A stretch of DNA of 48,570 nt, filler included, from Sphacelaria rigidula (lineage: Eukaryota): the NCBI GenBank assembly GCA_964200075.2. It is 3 parts of 3 records of this genome, joined end to end, with 100 filler letters (N's around TTAATTAATTAA, not from the genome) between each part and the next. Parts side by side here need not be neighbours in the genome. Positions count along the whole stretch, not along the records: positions 32,449 to 48,570 come from CAXNAA020001479.1; 2 more parts are not named here. One strand, given 5' to 3'. The position numbers and the translations under genes are program-made. This document shows, piece after piece, positions 48,337 to 48,570 of this stretch. Under the pieces are notes generated by a model, which was given only the letters and a program-made list of their open reading frames with translations, did not search any database and was not told the origin of the DNA. Each line of letters begins with the position of its first letter. The first letter of the stretch is position 1.

Positions 48337-48570
48337 TTAATACAATAACAGCCGATCATCTATGTTGAGGATGGTGCTTTTGATTGAGGATGAGAACCCG
48401 GAGGATTAAAATCTTCGTATCCACACTAAATCTTCGAAATATGGTTCCATTTCTTTACCTATTCGGATCGCCGAAATACCCTGAAATTGGATTTTCCCGT
48501 AGGACCCCAACATTTCGGTTATTGACATCCAAATTTGTAGGACATGTAGCGGTTATAATTAGCTACCAGT

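Overview
Eukaryotic, transposon-rich nuclear DNA. The repeat families, intron style and codon use resemble a brown alga or other stramenopile, but this is inferred rather than proven. The window is not contiguous: three segments of about 16.12 kb (1-16124, 16225-32348, 32449-48570) are joined by artificial 44N-TTAATTAATTAA-44N linkers. Segment 1 is almost entirely nested transposon debris: a LINE 3' end, foldback elements, hAT and piggyBac-like MITEs, a TA-target 1.1-kb element, three SINE-like families and a few orphan exons. Segment 2 holds a LINE reverse-transcriptase fragment, the last two exons of a TLDc-domain (OXR1-like) gene on +, and a convergent 4-exon gene on - encoding an unrecognised acidic/coiled-coil/disordered protein of about 715 aa. 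Segment 3 holds a decayed Mutator-like transposase followed by a probable decayed Ulp1-type protease, a fragmented gene-like ORF and several hAT derivatives. The most notable signals are a hAT-like lineage with atypical CACACGTCGGA termini and interchangeable subterminal repeat arrays, a LINE/SINE pair ending in poly-C, and the possible ULP-carrying MULE. No intact novel multi-gene system is evident. All assignments were made by eye, without database searches.
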